From a bacterium (GTDB lineage Bacteria; Patescibacteriota; Patescibacteriia; Patescibacteriales; VMTK01), in contig JAUYAT010000008.1 of NCBI GenBank assembly GCA_030693295.1, positions 1 through 60,663 of the forward strand: 60,663 nucleotides of DNA. Reading direction: 5' to 3'. Position 1 is the first letter of the stretch, and every line of letters starts with the position of its first letter. The position numbers were made by a program, and so were the translations under genes. Shown one piece after another: positions 57,290 to 60,663 of this stretch. The notes below the pieces were generated by a model that saw only the letters and a list, made by a program, of their open reading frames with translations, was not told the origin of the DNA and did not search any database.

Positions 57290-59434
57290 ATGGATAATAT
57301 ACCCAAACGAAAACAACAAATTTTGGAACTGCTTAAAATCCATTACGGTTTTGATTCGTTCCGGCCCGGGCAGGAAAAAGTGATTGATAATATTCTGGCG
57401 GGAAAATCAACCGTGGTGATAATGCCCACCGGCGGCGGCAAATCGCTCTGCTATCAATTGCCAGCTTTGGTTTTGGATGGCATAACAATCGTCATTTCGC
57501 CCTTAATCGCTTTAATGAAAGACCAGGTTGACGGGCTGGAGCGCATAGGCATTCCGGCGACTTTTATCAACAGCTCCATCCCGCCGGCCGAAACATACAA
57601 ACGGCTTGAAGCGATTAAACAGGGCGCTTACAAACTGCTCTATGTCGCTCCGGAAAGATTTTATGATAATAATTTCATTCAAGCTTTATCCGGCATTGAA
57701 ATAAGCTTGTTCGCCGTTGACGAGGCGCACTGCATCAGCCAATGGGGCCATGATTTCCGCCCCAGCTATGTAAAACTGCGCGGCGCGGTTGAAAATCTCG
57801 GCAATCCGCCGGTCGCGGCCCTAACCGCCACTGCCACGGCTGAAGTAAGAAAGGATATAATAAAACAGCTTGGCTTGGCGAGCCCGGAATCGGTTATAAC
57901 CGGCTTTAGCCGGCCGAATCTGCAGTTCGGAGTAATTCAAGCCAATGAGGCGGCAAAGCCGCAGTTCGTTATTGACGCCGTTCAAAACGCGCCTGGCGGC
58001 TCCGGCATAATTTATGTCGGCACTCGCGCCCGGGTTGATGGACTGCTGCAGACTTTGCTTGAGCATAGTATTAAGGCGGTGAGCTATCACGCCGGCATGG
58101 AAGCCGAAGACCGCAAATGGGTGCAAGACAATTTTATGAGCGGCAAAGCCAAAGTGATTATCGCCACCAATGCTTTTGGCTTGGGCATTGATAAATCAGA
58201 CATTAGATTTGTTATTCATTACGATATGCCCGGCACGATTGAAGCTTACTACCAGGAAGCGGGCCGGGCGGGCCGGGATGGCAAACAAAGTTTTTGTTTA
58301 ATGCTTTACAGCCCGCGCGACAGGCATCTGCAGGAATTTTTTATTAAAGGCGACAATCCTCCTCCCGAAGTTGTCTTGGAGATTTATGAAGTTTTAACAA
58401 ATCACGAAAGCGATACGGTTTTAATTACTTACAGCGAGTTAGCCGGCATGATTTCAGAATCAGTGCCGGACATGGCGATCGGCACGGCTTTAAAAATTTT
58501 GGAGCGCGAAGGATATATTTCAAGGTCCCATGAAAAAAGCGGCAACGGCTATTTAAAATTGCTCGGCGATTTTGAAAAAGCCGTAAATTCAATCAGCAAG
58601 AGAGCGAAAGTCCAGCATGAAATTATGGCCAAGCTTAAAGAACGGTTTGAAAACGAGCTTAAAACCGGCTGGCAGGTTAATTTTGATGAAATCGCGGAAA
58701 TAATCGGAGTAAAAAAAGAATCTCTAGTCCGTTTAATCAGAAATTTAGCCGACCAAGGAATTTTGGAATATCAGCCTCCTTTTAAAGGCACGGAGATCAA
58801 TATTTTAAAAAGAGTTGATAAAAATGAAATTGATATTGACTTTACCGGCCTGAAGGAAAAATTAAAAAACGCTTACAAAAAATTAGAGAAAGTGGAAGAC
58901 TATGTTTATCATCATGGCTGCCGGCAGAAATATATTCTGGATTATTTCAATGATATTACCGCCAAAGAATGCGGCAAATGCGACAACTGCTTGGTTGGCA
59001 ACGGCTATAAAAGAAAAACAAACGCTCCACACCCGCGGACCGCGAAAAAAGAATATTTAAGTTTTGATAAAATTGATGATGGCGATGAAGATGAAGATTA
59101 TGAGATAGCGGAGCCGAAACAAAAAGTTAAACTGTCCACAAAATTAACCCAGCTGGAAACCTTTGATTTATGCAATAAAGGCATAAGCATCGCGGAAATG
59201 GCGCAAGCGCGCGGCTTGACAAAAGGAACGATAATCCAGCATCTTTGCTTTTTAATGGAAAAAAAACTGCCAGTTGATATAAACAAACTCGTCAGCCCGG
59301 CTAAGCAGAAAAAAATAAAAGCCGCCATCGCGAAAGTGGGGGGCAATAAATTAACGCCGATTAAAGAGGAGCTGGGCGATGAGGTTAGTTGGGATGAGAT
59401 TAAATTGGCGCTGGCCGGGTTGAAAATTAATTAA
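57290..59434 (+). CDS. recQ: ATP-dependent DNA helicase RecQ
   Basis: 714 aa: [44 protein letters not shown], and Zn-binding [10 protein letters not shown]...CGKCDNC. Confidence 0.9.
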   Translation: MDNIPKRKQQILELLKIHYGFDSFRPGQEKVIDNILAGKSTVVIMPTGGGKSLCYQLPALVLDGITIVISPLIALMKDQVDGLERIGIPATFINSSIPPAETYKRLEAIKQGAYKLLYVAPERFYDNNFIQALSGIEISLFAVDEAHCISQWGHDFRPSYVKLRGAVENLGNPPVAALTATATAEVRKDIIKQLGLASPESVITGFSRPNLQFGVIQANEAAKPQFVIDAVQNAPGGSGIIYVGTRARVDGLLQTLLEHSIKAVSYHAGMEAEDRKWVQDNFMSGKAKVIIATNAFGLGIDKSDIRFVIHYDMPGTIEAYYQEAGRAGRDGKQSFCLMLYSPRDRHLQEFFIKGDNPPPEVVLEIYEVLTNHESDTVLITYSELAGMISESVPDMAIGTALKILEREGYISRSHEKSGNGYLKLLGDFEKAVNSISKRAKVQHEIMAKLKERFENELKTGWQVNFDEIAEIIGVKKESLVRLIRNLADQGILEYQPPFKGTEINILKRVDKNEIDIDFTGLKEKLKNAYKKLEKVEDYVYHHGCRQKYILDYFNDITAKECGKCDNCLVGNGYKRKTNAPHPRTAKKEYLSFDKIDDGDEDEDYEIAEPKQKVKLSTKLTQLETFDLCNKGISIAEMAQARGLTKGTIIQHLCFLMEKKLPVDINKLVSPAKQKKIKAAIAKVGGNKLTPIKEELGDEVSWDEIKLALAGLKIN

Positions 59435-59446
59435 CAAGTGCGTTCT

Positions 59447-60247
59447 ATGGATAAACAAACTCAAAAAAAATTATTGGAGATAGTGAAGCGCAATTACGAA
59501 GAGATTGCCGAGGATTTTAGCGAAACCAGAAAAAAGCATTTATGGCCGGAGCTGTTGCAATTAACTCAGGACATAAAAAACGGCGATAAAATTTTAGATG
59601 TTGGCTGCGGCAGCGGCAGACTGTTAGAAGTTTTTAAAGATAGGGATATCAAATATATCGGTATTGACAGTAGTGAAAAGCTGATTGATATAGCTCAAAA
59701 ATCAAAAATCCCCGGCCACGCAGCGCGCAGCGGGGCAGGCAAAAATCAAAAATCAAAATTTATTATCTGCGATATTTTGGAATTAAGCAAAATTCCGGAG
59801 ATTAGTTTTGATTATGTATTCTCCGTCGCGGTTTTGCATCATCTGCCAGGGGAAGACTTGCGCGTCGCGGCTTTAAAACAGCTCAAAAATAAAATTAAGC
59901 CTGAGGGTAAAATCATTATAACGGTCTGGAATTTATGGAGCCAGAAAAAATTCAGAAAAATTATCATTAGAACAGAGCTGTTAAAATTGTTTAATAAATT
60001 AAAACTAATGTTCCGCCGAAAGCGCTCCGGAAAAAGCCAAATTGCCGAATGCCGAGCGCTTAGTATTTCCGGCGATTTCGGCGATATTATATTTGACTGG
60101 AAAAACAGCAAAGGCGAAAAAACGAGCCGGCGCTATTATCACGCGTTTAGAAAAAGGGAGCTGAAAAAAATAACAAAAAAGGCGGGATTGCGAATTGAAA
60201 AAATATATAATGACAAATTTAATTATTACGCAATTTTAAAAAAATGA
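59447..60247 (+). CDS. Class I SAM-dependent methyltransferase (Trm9-like by weak resemblance)
   Basis: ILDVGCGSGR motif. The ORF-track start at 59438 is a GTG; the first ATG is at 59447. Contains a family-H insertion. Confidence 0.7.
   Translation: MDKQTQKKLLEIVKRNYEEIAEDFSETRKKHLWPELLQLTQDIKNGDKILDVGCGSGRLLEVFKDRDIKYIGIDSSEKLIDIAQKSKIPGHAARSGAGKNQKSKFIICDILELSKIPEISFDYVFSVAVLHHLPGEDLRVAALKQLKNKIKPEGKIIITVWNLWSQKKFRKIIIRTELLKLFNKLKLMFRRKRSGKSQIAECRALSISGDFGDIIFDWKNSKGEKTSRRYYHAFRKRELKKITKKAGLRIEKIYNDKFNYYAILKK
59696..59760. repeat. Family H hairpin with heptamer flanks inside the methyltransferase gene
   Basis: (CAAAAAT)2-CCCCGGCCACGCAGCGCGCAGCGGGGCAGG-(CAAAAAT)2-CAAAATT, with the core at 59710-59741. 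Translated as QKSKIPGHAARSGAGKNQKSKF. Confidence 0.9.
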
Positions 60248-60618
60248 AAATATCAAAAGAGGAATTTGAAAATTTAGTGGCGGAAGCAATGGAAAATTTG
60301 CCGGAAAAATTTAAAACCAAACTGCATAACGTAGCCGTAATTGCAGAAGACCGCCCCACAAAAGAACAGCTTCGCGGGGCAGGCAGAACAAGCAGGGATT
60401 ATACGCTATTCGGCTTGTTTGAAGGATACTGCCAGGCCAGACGAGCCAATATCGGGCCTGTTTTGCCGGATAAAATTACCATTTTCCGGCAGCCAATTTG
60501 CGATTTTTGCTCAAGTGAAGATGAAATAAAAAAAAGGATAACAAGCACGGTAAAGCACGAAATAGCCCATCATTTCGGCTCTGATGAAAAAGGAGCGAGA
60601 AAAGCGAGCAAAAATTAA
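60244..60618 (+). CDS. Zinicin-like (DUF1025-type) metallopeptidase family protein
   Basis: 124 aa with HEIAHHFG (HExxH). The start overlaps the previous stop (ATGA). Confidence 0.6.
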   Translation: MKISKEEFENLVAEAMENLPEKFKTKLHNVAVIAEDRPTKEQLRGAGRTSRDYTLFGLFEGYCQARRANIGPVLPDKITIFRQPICDFCSSEDEIKKRITSTVKHEIAHHFGSDEKGARKASKN

Positions 60619-60663
60619 GCTTGATTTTTTTATAATATTATGTTAACATAAATTTGAACTCCG

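Overview
Gene-dense, AT-rich bacterial window that reads with the standard code (TGA is a stop). By inference it looks like a Candidate Phyla Radiation / Patescibacteria (Parcubacteria-like) genome. Supporting signs: a 23S-5S rRNA unit with no adjacent 16S, an I-CreI-type LAGLIDADG intron in the 23S, many small GIY-YIG genes, cohesin/dockerin surface proteins, and a reduced housekeeping set.

Housekeeping genes recognised from conserved motifs: valS, trpS, tsaD, queA, rnc, nusB, rpmF, glyA, folD, recQ, pilT, a glutamate dehydrogenase, PMM/PGM, an Elp3-like radical-SAM/GNAT enzyme, endonuclease Q-like, YvcK-like, a VanW protein and Hsp20. RNA genes: tRNA-Ile(UAU), tRNA-Val(GAC) and tRNA-Glu(UUC).

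Main observations:
1. A complete type III hammerhead ribozyme core lies on the minus strand at 16398-16481. It sits inside a three-gene operon (GC-rich DHH-like phosphoesterase, a 142-aa unknown, a 71-aa zinc-ribbon protein) in a 3.3-kb island bracketed by two tRNA genes.
2. All three GIY-YIG nuclease genes sit in mobile-looking contexts. Two lie between the inverted arms of palindromic repeat families that also occur as ORF-less hairpin copies, including one filled-versus-empty site pair. The third starts exactly at the anticodon-loop position of a truncated tRNA-Glu-like gene.
3. A GC-rich hairpin (CCCCGGCCGCGCAMCGCGCAGCGGGGCAGGCA), flanked in four of its five copies by locus-specific CAAANNN-type heptamer arrays, is inserted without breaking the frame in valS, tsaD (twice) and a methyltransferase, and a flank-less fifth copy forms part of the repeat-encoded 3' end of the cohesin gene 841..1857. 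Other palindromes are inserted in the Elp3-like gene, the endoQ-like gene and valS.
4. The left 8.6 kb is a minus-strand surface-protein locus (cohesin, dockerin, a 913-aa six-repeat protein, an (AG)15 tract).

The window also holds three toxin-antitoxin-like modules, a glmS deletion remnant and a structured leader upstream of a secreted nuclease.

All coordinates were hand-derived from the printed sequence. RNA boundaries and start codons are approximate.
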